The translations under genes were made by a program, and so were the position numbers. This document shows, piece after piece, positions 39,529 to 49,087 of a stretch of 64,000 bases of DNA. Under the pieces are notes generated by a model that did not search any database, was not told the DNA's origin, and worked only from the letters and a program-made list of their open reading frames with translations. The stretch is from Nitrospirota bacterium (lineage in GTDB: Bacteria; Nitrospirota; Thermodesulfovibrionia; UBA6902; JAJYJJ01): NCBI GenBank assembly GCA_021789595.1, contig JAJYJJ010000013.1:238-64237 (forward strand), read 5' to 3'. Position 1 is the stretch's first letter, and each line of letters starts with the position of its first letter.

Positions 39529-41670
39529 TCATCTCTCGTCCTTTGTCCCCTGTCCTTCGTGGTTCACCGGTATCACAAAACTGAACCTGCTCCCCTTGCC
39601 ATGTTCGCTCTCCACCCATATCCTTCCGCCCAGAAGCTCAACGAGCTTTTTTGTGAGGACAAGCCCCACTCCCGTTCCGCTGTATTTCTTTGTGTATGGA
39701 GACTCAAACTGTGCAACCTCCTTAAAAAGCCTGGAAAGTTCTTCAGCTTTTATGCCAATGCCTGTGTCGGCGATGGAAACCTCGATGGACGACGGATGAT
39801 CACTCACTTCGCTCGTTAGGACGATAGACGCTTTTTCGTCCTTCGTCCTTCGTCCCTCGTCCCTCGTCAAGCGTGCTTGCACGCGCACACTTCCGCCATC
39901 TGGCGTAAACTTTACGGCATTGCTCAGGAGATTAAACATGATCTGATTGAGCTTCCCTGAATCCGCTTCTATCTCTATGTCTGCATCAGGCTCTATATCG
40001 AGGCTCAGTTTCAGATTATGTTTTATTGCCTCTTCGTTAAATACTGTCATGGATGACTTCAGTACATCCTTAACAAGAAACTTGTTTAATCTAAGCTGCA
40101 TGCTGCCGGAAGTAGCTCTTGAAAGATCAAGCATGTCAGTGATAAGGCCGAGCAGATGTACCCCGCTGCTTAGAACGTCCGACACATACTCTTTCTGTTT
40201 CTCATTCAATTCTCCGTATAATCTGTCCTGAAGGATCTGCGAAAATCCGATTATGGAATTAAGCGGTGTCGTCAGTTCATGAGACATGTTTGCAAGGAAA
40301 TCTGACTTTGCCCTGTTTGCAGCCTCGGCCAAAAGTCTTGCATGTTCAAGTTCTAAGAGACTGCGTTTCAGGCCTTCATTCAGTTTCTTGATTTCTTCTT
40401 CTGCCTTTAAGCGTTCCTCCTCCACGCCGATAGACCGGGCTATGATCTCCATCACTCTTTCTTCAGACTCGTTGATGACAAAATCACTTTGAAAAACAGC
40501 GCAGAGGGAACCTATGGGGATGCCGCGGCATTTCACCGCTTTGCCGATATAGGTTTGCAAGTTATATTTCATTACATTGGGATCTGTCCGCGCATAAGGT
40601 GTCTGCTGGAGGTTGCGCACTACCATGATCCTGTCTCCGCAGGATCGGATCACATCATAACAGATGTGTCCTTCGGGCTTGTCCAGAGGATTATAGTCAG
40701 CAGGGGCATTCCATTGTCCCAGAGATAAGAGCATTCCCCTCTCCATACGATTGTACAGGGCGCAGGTTGCTCCAAGGAGTTCACCGCAAAGAGATGTAAG
40801 ACGGTTGATGTTTTCATTCGAGTCAGAACTGAAGCTTAAAAAGCATTCGTTTATCTTCTCTATGGTTTTTCCCATACGCTTTCGATCAGTTATATCCATC
40901 CAGGAGCCGATAATCTCCTGCGCTTTCCCCTCCGTGTCCCGCACCATGGTCATCTGATCATACATCCACCTGTATGTCCCGTCCTTGCAGAGGAAACGAT
41001 ATTCATGGGCATAGCGCCCTTTTTCAAATAACCGTGGTAGATTCTCAAGAATAAGCGGTGCGTCATCAGGGTGGATATGGTCAGCCCAGAACCGGGAATC
41101 CTCAATAAACTCGCGCGCGTCATAACCTGTCTGCGCCTTGACATTCTCGCTGATGAACGTAGCGCCGTAGGGAGGCTCCGCATCGCAGGTGTAAATAACC
41201 GCCGGGGTCTCTTTCAGAAGGAAACTCAAACGCTCCTTGCTTTTCCACAATTCCGTTTCTGCTTTTTTTATCCGGAGCATTGCCTGAACACGGGCCAGGA
41301 GTTCATGGTTTGAAATGGGACGTGCAATATATCCGTCAGCCCCTGCTTCGAGTCCTTCCGCTTGCCTCTCAGAGGAAATCGCCGTCCCTGAGATCAGAAC
41401 CACATAGCTACCCACTGACCCGGGGTCTGCCTTGATGCGCTTGCAGACATCAATCCCGTTTATATCGGGAAGATTGAAATCGAGCAGAATCAGGTCCGGA
41501 TGTTCTTTTTTGGTTATGCTGAGGCATTCATCCCCCGATGAAGCTTCAATGACTTCATAGCCCTCCAAGCGTAGTATTTCTGAAGTAATAGTGAGCAGAA
41601 CAGGATCGTCATCAACATAAAGAATCCTCGGTTTTGCTGAAAACATAAAACCTCCACACTTTAGGGTCAA
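39529..41670 (-). CDS. Hybrid signalling protein: REC + PAS + GAF-like + HisKA + HATPase
   Basis: N-terminal REC (ILYVDDDPVLL…LILLDFNLPDING), PAS (FLCKDGTYRW), H-box MSHELTTPLNSIIGFSQIL, N/G boxes (NLLSNAVKFT…DTGIGI…GTGVGL). Confidence 0.8.
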   Translation of the reverse strand: MTLKCGGFMFSAKPRILYVDDDPVLLTITSEILRLEGYEVIEASSGDECLSITKKEHPDLILLDFNLPDINGIDVCKRIKADPGSVGSYVVLISGTAISSERQAEGLEAGADGYIARPISNHELLARVQAMLRIKKAETELWKSKERLSFLLKETPAVIYTCDAEPPYGATFISENVKAQTGYDAREFIEDSRFWADHIHPDDAPLILENLPRLFEKGRYAHEYRFLCKDGTYRWMYDQMTMVRDTEGKAQEIIGSWMDITDRKRMGKTIEKINECFLSFSSDSNENINRLTSLCGELLGATCALYNRMERGMLLSLGQWNAPADYNPLDKPEGHICYDVIRSCGDRIMVVRNLQQTPYARTDPNVMKYNLQTYIGKAVKCRGIPIGSLCAVFQSDFVINESEERVMEIIARSIGVEEERLKAEEEIKKLNEGLKRSLLELEHARLLAEAANRAKSDFLANMSHELTTPLNSIIGFSQILQDRLYGELNEKQKEYVSDVLSSGVHLLGLITDMLDLSRATSGSMQLRLNKFLVKDVLKSSMTVFNEEAIKHNLKLSLDIEPDADIEIEADSGKLNQIMFNLLSNAVKFTPDGGSVRVQARLTRDEGRRTKDEKASIVLTSEVSDHPSSIEVSIADTGIGIKAEELSRLFKEVAQFESPYTKKYSGTGVGLVLTKKLVELLGGRIWVESEHGKGSRFSFVIPVNHEGQGTKDER

Positions 41671-41885
41671 ACTACCATTGAATTTTGAATGAGATCATGT
41701 ACCATAGCAAAAGTATAGTAGAAATCTTTGCAGTGTGCAAGTCGTTTTTAAATTTAATCCCTAAATAGTCTTTAGGTACTGATAATTAACATTTGTATCG
41801 TTACCTTGAAATCATTGGTGGAAACGTTTATTTCAGGAAGAACGCACAATGCATATTTTTGTGAGTAGGTACTGCAATGAAGAAC

Positions 41886-44800
41886 TTAAGCCTGCGTGAC
41901 ATTTTTCCCTTCATCTTTCTTTTTAAAAATCCGTTGAATCTTCTCTGTGTATTTTTCTAAAAGGCCGTACATACCAGGCATGGCCACGAGCACAACCAGG
42001 GTAGAGGTGACCAGTCCTCCGATAAGGACAACAGCCATGGGCTGCTGGATTTCAGCGCCCGCGCCCATACCAAGGGCAAGGGGAAGGACAGCAAAAGAGG
42101 CGCTAAAGGCGGTCATTAGCACAGGCCGCATCCTGAATCTTCCTCCCAGGAGTTGGGCATCCCTGAGCGGAAGGCCCTCCTTCTGGCGGTCTATGATATA
42201 CTCCACAAGCAAGACCCCCTTCTGGACAGTGAGGCCAAAATGCGCAAGGAGCCCTATGAGTGAAGAGACATTAAGGGAGATGCCTGTAATCAGTAGCGCA
42301 AAGATCCCACCTGTTAAGGCAAAGGGGATAAAGAAGATGATTAAGATAGCCTTTCCCACAGAGCGATATGCTGATAAGAGCAACAGGAAGGTAATAAAGA
42401 TAACCACCCCAAAGATGGTCTCAATCTTATTAATCACCTCTTTTTCCCTGCGGTATTCCCCTCCAAAGGAGACATAATAGCCTGAAGGTAGATTCAGTTG
42501 TTTCACCAATCCCTTTATCTCTGTGACGATAGCATCCATGCCTTTGCCTGAGCTGTTACAGGAAAGCTGGATCCTCCTTGCCATGTCCTGCCTTCTGATG
42601 TCGCTGGGGGCGGTATCTTCCCATATGTGGGAAACCATGCCGAGTGAGACCTTCCCGCCCTTCGGCAGATCAATGAGGATGGAAGAGATCTCATCAATAT
42701 TATTTCTGAAAGGTTCTTCAAGCCTCATAAAGATGTTATAGGTCTTTTCGTTTTTTAATACACTTGTTATGACACTTCCCTGAAGCACCAGGTCAACATC
42801 CCTGCCTATGTCTTCCGGGCTTAAACCATATTGTGCCGCCTTTATCCTGTCAATCTCTACATTCACCTGGGGAACGCCGGTTGTTGATTCTATCTTCAAG
42901 TCCGTAATCCCTTTTATCTTAGCCATAAGGTTATATAGTTCCATCCCTTTGGAGTAAAGGGTGCTTAGATCATTACCAAAGATCCTTACTGCGAGCTGAC
43001 CGCCGATAGTCGTGCCTGAAATGCTTTCTTCAAGCCTTTCTGTCATGGGTGTGGTAATGATTATCAGCGCCCCTGGGATGTCTGCTGTCCTCTTTCGAAT
43101 CCATTGATCAATCTGTTCGATGCTGCTATGCCGCTTGTTCCATGGCAGAAGCTCGACATAGGTCTCTGACTTGTTGGCTCCCTCTGTCTTAGGGGAGTTC
43201 TCAGGTCTTCCAGCCCTCATAATCACTGCCTGGACATCAGGGCCCTTCCTTAGAATCTCTGCTACTTGAGAGGCTGTCTTCCCTTCCTCCTCAAGATTGG
43301 TTCCTGGAAGGGTATGTATCTTAACAAGGATTGCCCCTTCATCGATCTTTGGCAGGAAACCTGTCTTTATAAAGGGGAACAGGGCAATGGTGATTCCAAG
43401 GATTATAAAGAGGGACAACAGAATTCTTCCTGGATGGACGATGGAGAATGTGAGGGCAGGGTTATAGGTCTTTTCGAATCTCCTTGTCAGCCAGCTTTCC
43501 CCTGTCTTTTTAGCGGCTGCCTTTGGCAGAAGGGTATAGCAGAGGATTGGTGTTAGTGTCAGGGAAAGGACAAATCCCACGAGTATCGAGGTAACAACTG
43601 TGAAAGAAAAGGGCTGAAATATCTTTCCTATCATCCCTGGGATGCTGTATAGAGGCAAGAAAACCGCAACGATGATAGCAGTTGCATAGGCCACAGGCCT
43701 GCGGACCTCAAGGGCACCTTCAATGGTTGCCTGTAGAGGATTATCCTGATGGCCATGGAGGTGTCTGAATATGTTTTCTGTATCCACAATGGCCGCATCC
43801 ACCATAATGCCGAGGCCGACTGCCAGACCTCCCATGGACATGACATCCAAGCTGTAGTGAAAAAGTCTCATGAAAAAGAAGGTGATAATTACTGTAACTG
43901 GAAGGATGATGGCCACAATAAATGTGCTTCTGAGGTTTGATAGAAACAGAAGGGTAACGAGGATAACTGCTATGCCTCCCAGGACCAATGCCCCATTCAG
44001 GTTATGGATGGAGACATCAATAAGACTGGAGGCATTGGAAAAGACATCGAGTTTTACACCCTTGGGGAGTTCCTTCTGGAGATCTTTAAGCGCCCTTGTA
44101 ACATCTTCAATAACAGGTTTGGAATCTACCCCATATTGCTTGACAACAGTCCCTGTAACAGCCTCTTTGCCGTTAACAAAGACAATGCCCTGCCGAATCT
44201 GATGTCCGATTTCGATGGTGGCTATGTCTCTAAGAAAGATAGGGATGCCCTTTCTTGTAGCCACAATAATCTTGTTCAGGTCTTTAAAATATCTTATCCT
44301 TCCAAGCCCTCTCACAGAATACTGTAATGGCCCCTCGTTAATAAAACCGCCGGAGAAGTAGGTGTTATTTGCCCTTATGGCCCCGGCAACCTCATCTATA
44401 CTCAGGTTATAGTTTTTGAGTTTATCCTGATTTATCAACACCTGGTATTGCCTTACCTCTCCTCCCATGTTTGTGATGCTTGATACCCCGGGAACGGCCT
44501 TTAGCCGATAACCTATCTGGTAATCCGCTAAGTCTCTCAAATCCATAGGAGAGACCTCAGGATTATTACTGACAAGATAATACTGGATTACCTCTGATAG
44601 ACGGTCTGCTGCATTGGAGACCACAGGAACCCCTGTGCCTGGAGGGAGATTTGGCGCTATTCCAGAGAGTTTTTGGGTAATAAGCTGCATGGCAAGGTAA
44701 TAGTTAGTTCCCCATGAAAACTTCACGACCACAGAGGCAAGACCATTTTTTGAGACAGACAGAACCCTTTCTACCCTTGGGAGGCTTCGGAAGCCGCTTT

Positions 44801-45008
44801 CAAGGGGAAAGGTTATCTGCCTTTCTACTTCCTCAGAGGAAAGACCGGGGTTCTCTACAACCACCTTAAATATAGGCGAGCTTAGATCCGGCAGCACATC
44901 CCTTGAGAGGGAAGACAGGGAGAAGAATCCTAAAAACACAAAGAGCGATACCAGGAGAATTACAAGGAGTCTATGCGTGAGGGAAAAAGATATAATCTTT
45001 TTAAACAC
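41886..45008 (-). CDS. czcA: Heavy-metal efflux RND permease (CzcA/CusA family)
   Basis: 1040 aa, 12-TM RND topology with two large periplasmic loops and HME-type N-terminal pattern (…FPLE…V.S.S..G.S.V.V.F). Native codon usage. Confidence 0.9.
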   Translation of the reverse strand: MFKKIISFSLTHRLLVILLVSLFVFLGFFSLSSLSRDVLPDLSSPIFKVVVENPGLSSEEVERQITFPLESGFRSLPRVERVLSVSKNGLASVVVKFSWGTNYYLAMQLITQKLSGIAPNLPPGTGVPVVSNAADRLSEVIQYYLVSNNPEVSPMDLRDLADYQIGYRLKAVPGVSSITNMGGEVRQYQVLINQDKLKNYNLSIDEVAGAIRANNTYFSGGFINEGPLQYSVRGLGRIRYFKDLNKIIVATRKGIPIFLRDIATIEIGHQIRQGIVFVNGKEAVTGTVVKQYGVDSKPVIEDVTRALKDLQKELPKGVKLDVFSNASSLIDVSIHNLNGALVLGGIAVILVTLLFLSNLRSTFIVAIILPVTVIITFFFMRLFHYSLDVMSMGGLAVGLGIMVDAAIVDTENIFRHLHGHQDNPLQATIEGALEVRRPVAYATAIIVAVFLPLYSIPGMIGKIFQPFSFTVVTSILVGFVLSLTLTPILCYTLLPKAAAKKTGESWLTRRFEKTYNPALTFSIVHPGRILLSLFIILGITIALFPFIKTGFLPKIDEGAILVKIHTLPGTNLEEEGKTASQVAEILRKGPDVQAVIMRAGRPENSPKTEGANKSETYVELLPWNKRHSSIEQIDQWIRKRTADIPGALIIITTPMTERLEESISGTTIGGQLAVRIFGNDLSTLYSKGMELYNLMAKIKGITDLKIESTTGVPQVNVEIDRIKAAQYGLSPEDIGRDVDLVLQGSVITSVLKNEKTYNIFMRLEEPFRNNIDEISSILIDLPKGGKVSLGMVSHIWEDTAPSDIRRQDMARRIQLSCNSSGKGMDAIVTEIKGLVKQLNLPSGYYVSFGGEYRREKEVINKIETIFGVVIFITFLLLLSAYRSVGKAILIIFFIPFALTGGIFALLITGISLNVSSLIGLLAHFGLTVQKGVLLVEYIIDRQKEGLPLRDAQLLGGRFRMRPVLMTAFSASFAVLPLALGMGAGAEIQQPMAVVLIGGLVTSTLVVLVAMPGMYGLLEKYTEKIQRIFKKKDEGKNVTQA

Positions 45009-45010
45009 GA

Positions 45011-46189
45011 TTAATCCTCTTCCCCTGCTGAGGCAGGCGATTTGAATGCCCTGGCATTCTCCAACTGATATGCCCCTGAAACAACTACTTCTTCCCCTTC
45101 TTTTATATTACCCCGAACCCCTGCCTTTCCTGCCATCTCACCAATAACCTCTACCTCTCTCTTTTCAAAGGTATCACCCTTTTTTATAAAGACAACCCTT
45201 TTAGCGCCTTCCTTCTGGATAGCAGTTGCAGGGATTATAAGGACATTGGAAGAGACCCCTGTTACTATCTGCGCTATCCCTTTCATGCCAGGCTTTAACA
45301 AGCCTGAGGTATTCTCTATAGAAACCCTGGCCAGGGCTGTCATGGTTTCAGGATTGAGATCAGGGGAAAGAGAATTAATCCTGCCTTTAAAGATTTTACC
45401 CGAATAGGCATCTGTCTTGAATGTTATTTCTTGACCAGGTCTTACCCTGGAGAGCCAATCCGGATATATATCCAGATATATCCACACCCTTGAGAGATCT
45501 GCAATGGAAAAAACCTCCTCACCTTTTGTAACCCATTCTCCACTGCTGATATTTCGGTCTATGATAACGCCTGATAAAGGGGCATCTACCCTGTAGAGGT
45601 ACTTTTGGGGAAAGTCTTCTCCTCTCTCAGTTGTTTTAGGTAGAAAGATGCCGAGGATACTTAGCTGTTCCACAGCCCTTTTATAGCTTGCCTCGGCCTG
45701 GACATAGGCATTTTGAGCCTTTTCCACATCCTTTAAAGGGGCCACTTTTAACTTGAACAGCTCTTCCTTTCTCTTTAGATTTGCCTCTGCAAAGGTAAGG
45801 CTGGCCTTTGCCTGCTGCATTAGCGCCAGGGCATCTCCAATGTCCTGGCTTTCAATAACAGTTAGCACATCACCCTTCTTTACATATGTCCCTATGTTCG
45901 GAAAGACCCTGAGAACCTTACCATTCACAATAGAGCGTATGCGGGCCTTTTGATTTATATCTGTTTTCACCTCCCCTGTGGTCTGGATGGTCTCAGGCAT
46001 CTCACCCTTGACAACGGAAGCTGTCTGAAGATGCATAAGTTTCTGGGTCTCTGGATCTATCTTGAGGATATTTTGAGCCGATGTCTCCTTTCCCTTCTCT
46101 TTGGGGGTGGGTTTTTCAGTGCACGCAGAGATAAATGTCAAGATTATTCCGCAAAGGAGTAACTTCAGAACCAAAGTATTTCTTACCAT
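45011..46189 (-). CDS. czcB: RND efflux periplasmic adaptor (membrane fusion protein, CzcB/CusB-like)
   Basis: Lipoprotein-type N-terminus (…ISACTEK), coiled-coil/lipoyl/beta-barrel MFP pattern; immediately upstream of the RND pump gene. Confidence 0.85.
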   Translation of the reverse strand: MVRNTLVLKLLLCGIILTFISACTEKPTPKEKGKETSAQNILKIDPETQKLMHLQTASVVKGEMPETIQTTGEVKTDINQKARIRSIVNGKVLRVFPNIGTYVKKGDVLTVIESQDIGDALALMQQAKASLTFAEANLKRKEELFKLKVAPLKDVEKAQNAYVQAEASYKRAVEQLSILGIFLPKTTERGEDFPQKYLYRVDAPLSGVIIDRNISSGEWVTKGEEVFSIADLSRVWIYLDIYPDWLSRVRPGQEITFKTDAYSGKIFKGRINSLSPDLNPETMTALARVSIENTSGLLKPGMKGIAQIVTGVSSNVLIIPATAIQKEGAKRVVFIKKGDTFEKREVEVIGEMAGKAGVRGNIKEGEEVVVSGAYQLENARAFKSPASAGEED

Positions 46190-46233
46190 GAAATCCTCCC
46201 TGTAAATTTCAAGTTAACATCCTTTAACCCTGT

Positions 46234-47493
46234 TCATTCAGGTAACCTCCCAGTCAATCGGGATAGCTCGGCCTCTGCCCTGCGAAGCTCAAAAAGGGCA
46301 TGGTTATACTCTTTGATGGTCTTCAGGTATCTATCCCTTGCCATCAATAGGTCCATTAATCCGATTGCGCCTTCTTTGTAGCCAATCCTCGCAACCCTCA
46401 TGCCTTCAGATGCCGATCTTAATATCCCTTCTTGAAATAACTTCACCTGCCTTTTTGAAATCAGGTAATCCTGCCATGCGGTCTCAAGTTTTAAATTGAG
46501 CTGTGCCTTTAGAGCCTTCAGCGCCAAAACGGCCTTTTTATGTTCTGCCTCAGCCTTTTTAATCTCTCCCTCTTTTCTATCCCAGATCGGAAGGGGCACA
46601 GAGAGACCCAATCCTGTTGTCCGATCCCCTGGCTGGGCGCCGTGAAAAATGGAAAGTGTAAAATCAGGGTAGCGGGAATATCTGGCATAGGCGAGGTTGC
46701 TTTCTGTCTGTGCAATCCTGGCCGCGGCCTCCTCCAGAGACGGGACATGCTCAATAGCCTGCCGAAGATCTTCTATGGTAAAGGGTTCAGAAGCCGCTTT
46801 AAGCTCTCCTATTACTCTTAAGGGGGCTTCAGGTCTATGTCCTAAGAGGGTATTTATAGCTGAAACAGCCTTTCTCATATCGGCCTGTTCTCTCTCTACA
46901 GCAGCCCTGGCCCTTTCTGCTTCTGTATAGGCCTGGATAACATCAAACTCTGCCACATCTCCAGTATTAAATCGTTTTTTTGCTATATCCTCTAAGTCTG
47001 ATAGAAACCCTGCGTCTTTTTCAGCAACCCTCAGATTTTCTTCTGTTAGAAGAAGGCTGTAGAATGCCTCTTTCACCTGCATGACAATATCGAGGGAGAC
47101 ATCCTTGAGTAGATACTCGGCTGCTGCAATGCCTTTTTCAGCAGCGTGAAGCCTGGAGGCCAATTTCCCAGGATAAAGAAAAGTCTGGCCTAATGATAAA
47201 AAAGGCTCATCCCTTTGACCTAAAGAGGTATGCCATGTATATTTAAGACCCAGCGATGGATTGGGGTATGCCCTGGCCTTAAGCTCATCGCCCTTTGCCG
47301 CCTCAACAACCTCTCTGACCTCCTTGATATCAGGGTTTGCCTTCAATGCCTCTTTGATAAGCTGATTGAGGGTATATGTGGGGATTGAGGATGGCTCCTG
47401 CGCATTCAGGGGAAGGGTTTTATACCCAAAGACAAGAACCATCAAGACTATGCCGGCAATTATTCGCCTTCTCATGATATTCAAATATATCAT
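46234..47493 (-). CDS. czcC: Outer-membrane efflux protein (TolC/CzcC family)
   Basis: Signal peptide, two tandem repeats of coiled-coil/beta segments typical of OEP; first gene of the czcCBA-order operon. Confidence 0.8.
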   Translation of the reverse strand: MIYLNIMRRRIIAGIVLMVLVFGYKTLPLNAQEPSSIPTYTLNQLIKEALKANPDIKEVREVVEAAKGDELKARAYPNPSLGLKYTWHTSLGQRDEPFLSLGQTFLYPGKLASRLHAAEKGIAAAEYLLKDVSLDIVMQVKEAFYSLLLTEENLRVAEKDAGFLSDLEDIAKKRFNTGDVAEFDVIQAYTEAERARAAVEREQADMRKAVSAINTLLGHRPEAPLRVIGELKAASEPFTIEDLRQAIEHVPSLEEAAARIAQTESNLAYARYSRYPDFTLSIFHGAQPGDRTTGLGLSVPLPIWDRKEGEIKKAEAEHKKAVLALKALKAQLNLKLETAWQDYLISKRQVKLFQEGILRSASEGMRVARIGYKEGAIGLMDLLMARDRYLKTIKEYNHALFELRRAEAELSRLTGRLPE

Positions 47494-47537
47494 AGGATTG
47501 TTTTGAAATCAACTTCTTCTAACATTTATGTCTCCAG

Positions 47538-48539
47538 TTAAGTTTTAGAATGCTGCTTCAATTTTTTAAAGAAAAACAAATAAAGCGATAAGTATAGAAC
47601 AATTACGGCAAGAATAATGTCCATATAATGCAGTGCAAAAAAGGAATAGATATATATCCACGCATCATGTATTAATCGGTCAGTAATCTCAAAACCCGGT
47701 GACTTAATCTTTGTTACTTCATAGCTTACTCCTGCATCACTCACATTCGCCTTTATATAGTGATAAAAATCGTGTTCAGGATTTGTGCCAACTAATTCAG
47801 CGCCTGCCCCACCTGTGATGATATAGTGTGTTTTGCTCCACACTCCACAGTAAAAAGAATGGATATGGGAGGTAAAGAGCATTGTGATATTATAGTTATC
47901 AAAGATTGAATTTAGTTGATTTGCAAATCTTATATCCTTCAGGTTATGTGCTATTCTGGGGCCTTCCTTTCTTGGATCAAAAAGCGGGACATGCATGAAG
48001 ACGAATCTGTACTTATATTTGAGAGCCTTTTCTAACTGCTCCTTTACCCACTCCATCTGCCAGGGGTCTAAATTATACTCATTGGCATCATCAAGGATAA
48101 TAAAGTATGCATCTCCAATCGTGAATGAATAGTAAAACCTGCCAAAGAGGTCATAATAGTTTCCTCTCCCATTCTCTCTAAGCTCATGGTTTCCGATTGC
48201 AGTTAATAAAGGCTTTTTAAACTCCTTTATCTGATTGATGAAAAACTTGTATTTCTCTTTTTCTCCATCCTGTACAAGGTCTCCAATATCGATGGAAAAC
48301 ATTACATCATCTAAATTAACTGCATTTATCAGATTCTCAAATGTTGTTATGGAATTTTTATTGTCTCCAAATACGGCAAATGAAAAGTTCTTTGCTTTCT
48401 TGTCAATCTTTTGCAATTGCCTGTAGTTATAGTCTGTTATCTGTGGGAATGTAATGGCTGAATGAATTTTTATCCCAATTGTTATTATCAGCAAAGATAT
48501 TGCAATGAATAATATTTTTCTGTTGTATAATCGTTTCAA
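47538..48539 (-). CDS. Membrane-anchored calcineurin-like metallophosphoesterase
   Basis: Metallophosphoesterase motifs GD…GDLV…GNHE…HVP with N- and C-terminal hydrophobic helices. Confidence 0.75.
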   Translation of the reverse strand: MKRLYNRKILFIAISLLIITIGIKIHSAITFPQITDYNYRQLQKIDKKAKNFSFAVFGDNKNSITTFENLINAVNLDDVMFSIDIGDLVQDGEKEKYKFFINQIKEFKKPLLTAIGNHELRENGRGNYYDLFGRFYYSFTIGDAYFIILDDANEYNLDPWQMEWVKEQLEKALKYKYRFVFMHVPLFDPRKEGPRIAHNLKDIRFANQLNSIFDNYNITMLFTSHIHSFYCGVWSKTHYIITGGAGAELVGTNPEHDFYHYIKANVSDAGVSYEVTKIKSPGFEITDRLIHDAWIYIYSFFALHYMDIILAVIVLYLSLYLFFFKKLKQHSKT

Positions 48540-49087
48540 TTAAGAACCTCTGATGGTCTCCAGTTCTCAAAAAATCGATCCATGGCAGAGGTCTTGCCTA
48601 TCGGAATATGTCCATATAAAATGGATATTTGTTTTTCCGCCTCTGATTTTGGCTCTCTATCTACTATTACCTTCCACATTGCTGCGACCAGCCCTGACCT
48701 GTCAGCGCCAGCCTGACAGTGTATTAGTATGGGACGGGGTGCAGATTTGAAGATTTTAATAAGCCTTTGAACATCTTCATCAGTGGGCTCACGGGATGCT
48801 GATAGAGAAATATCGTAATGTATTACATTGTGCTCTGCACTTACTTCCAATTCTTCTTTATACCACGAGTTATCAGGGTTCTTACCCCGCAGATTCAGGA
48901 TGCTCCTGATGTTATGCTTTTTGATATAATATTCAAGCTCATCTCTGTCAAGTTGAGCAGACCTGTATGCCTCGCCGGGTGTAATCGCATGGAAGTTGCC
49001 CTGCTCCTCTGTATACAAAAAATAACCTGCAGTTAAGATAAGCACCAATGAAAGGACTGCAATGAAAAACTTAAGCTTGCGTGACAT
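48536..49087 (-). CDS. Membrane-anchored protein-tyrosine/dual-specificity phosphatase-like protein
   Basis: CX5R active-site loop HCQAGADRSG after an N-terminal TM helix. Confidence 0.75.
   Translation of the reverse strand: MSRKLKFFIAVLSLVLILTAGYFLYTEEQGNFHAITPGEAYRSAQLDRDELEYYIKKHNIRSILNLRGKNPDNSWYKEELEVSAEHNVIHYDISLSASREPTDEDVQRLIKIFKSAPRPILIHCQAGADRSGLVAAMWKVIVDREPKSEAEKQISILYGHIPIGKTSAMDRFFENWRPSEVLN

Noticed and set aside
41947-44327. Multiple 60-180 aa ORFs antisense or out of frame within the czcA gene (and similar ones inside relA, cusA and the P-type ATPase)
   Set aside because: All are embedded in long, well-supported CDSs on the other strand or frame, with low-complexity Ser/Pro/Arg-rich translations; typical shadow ORFs.
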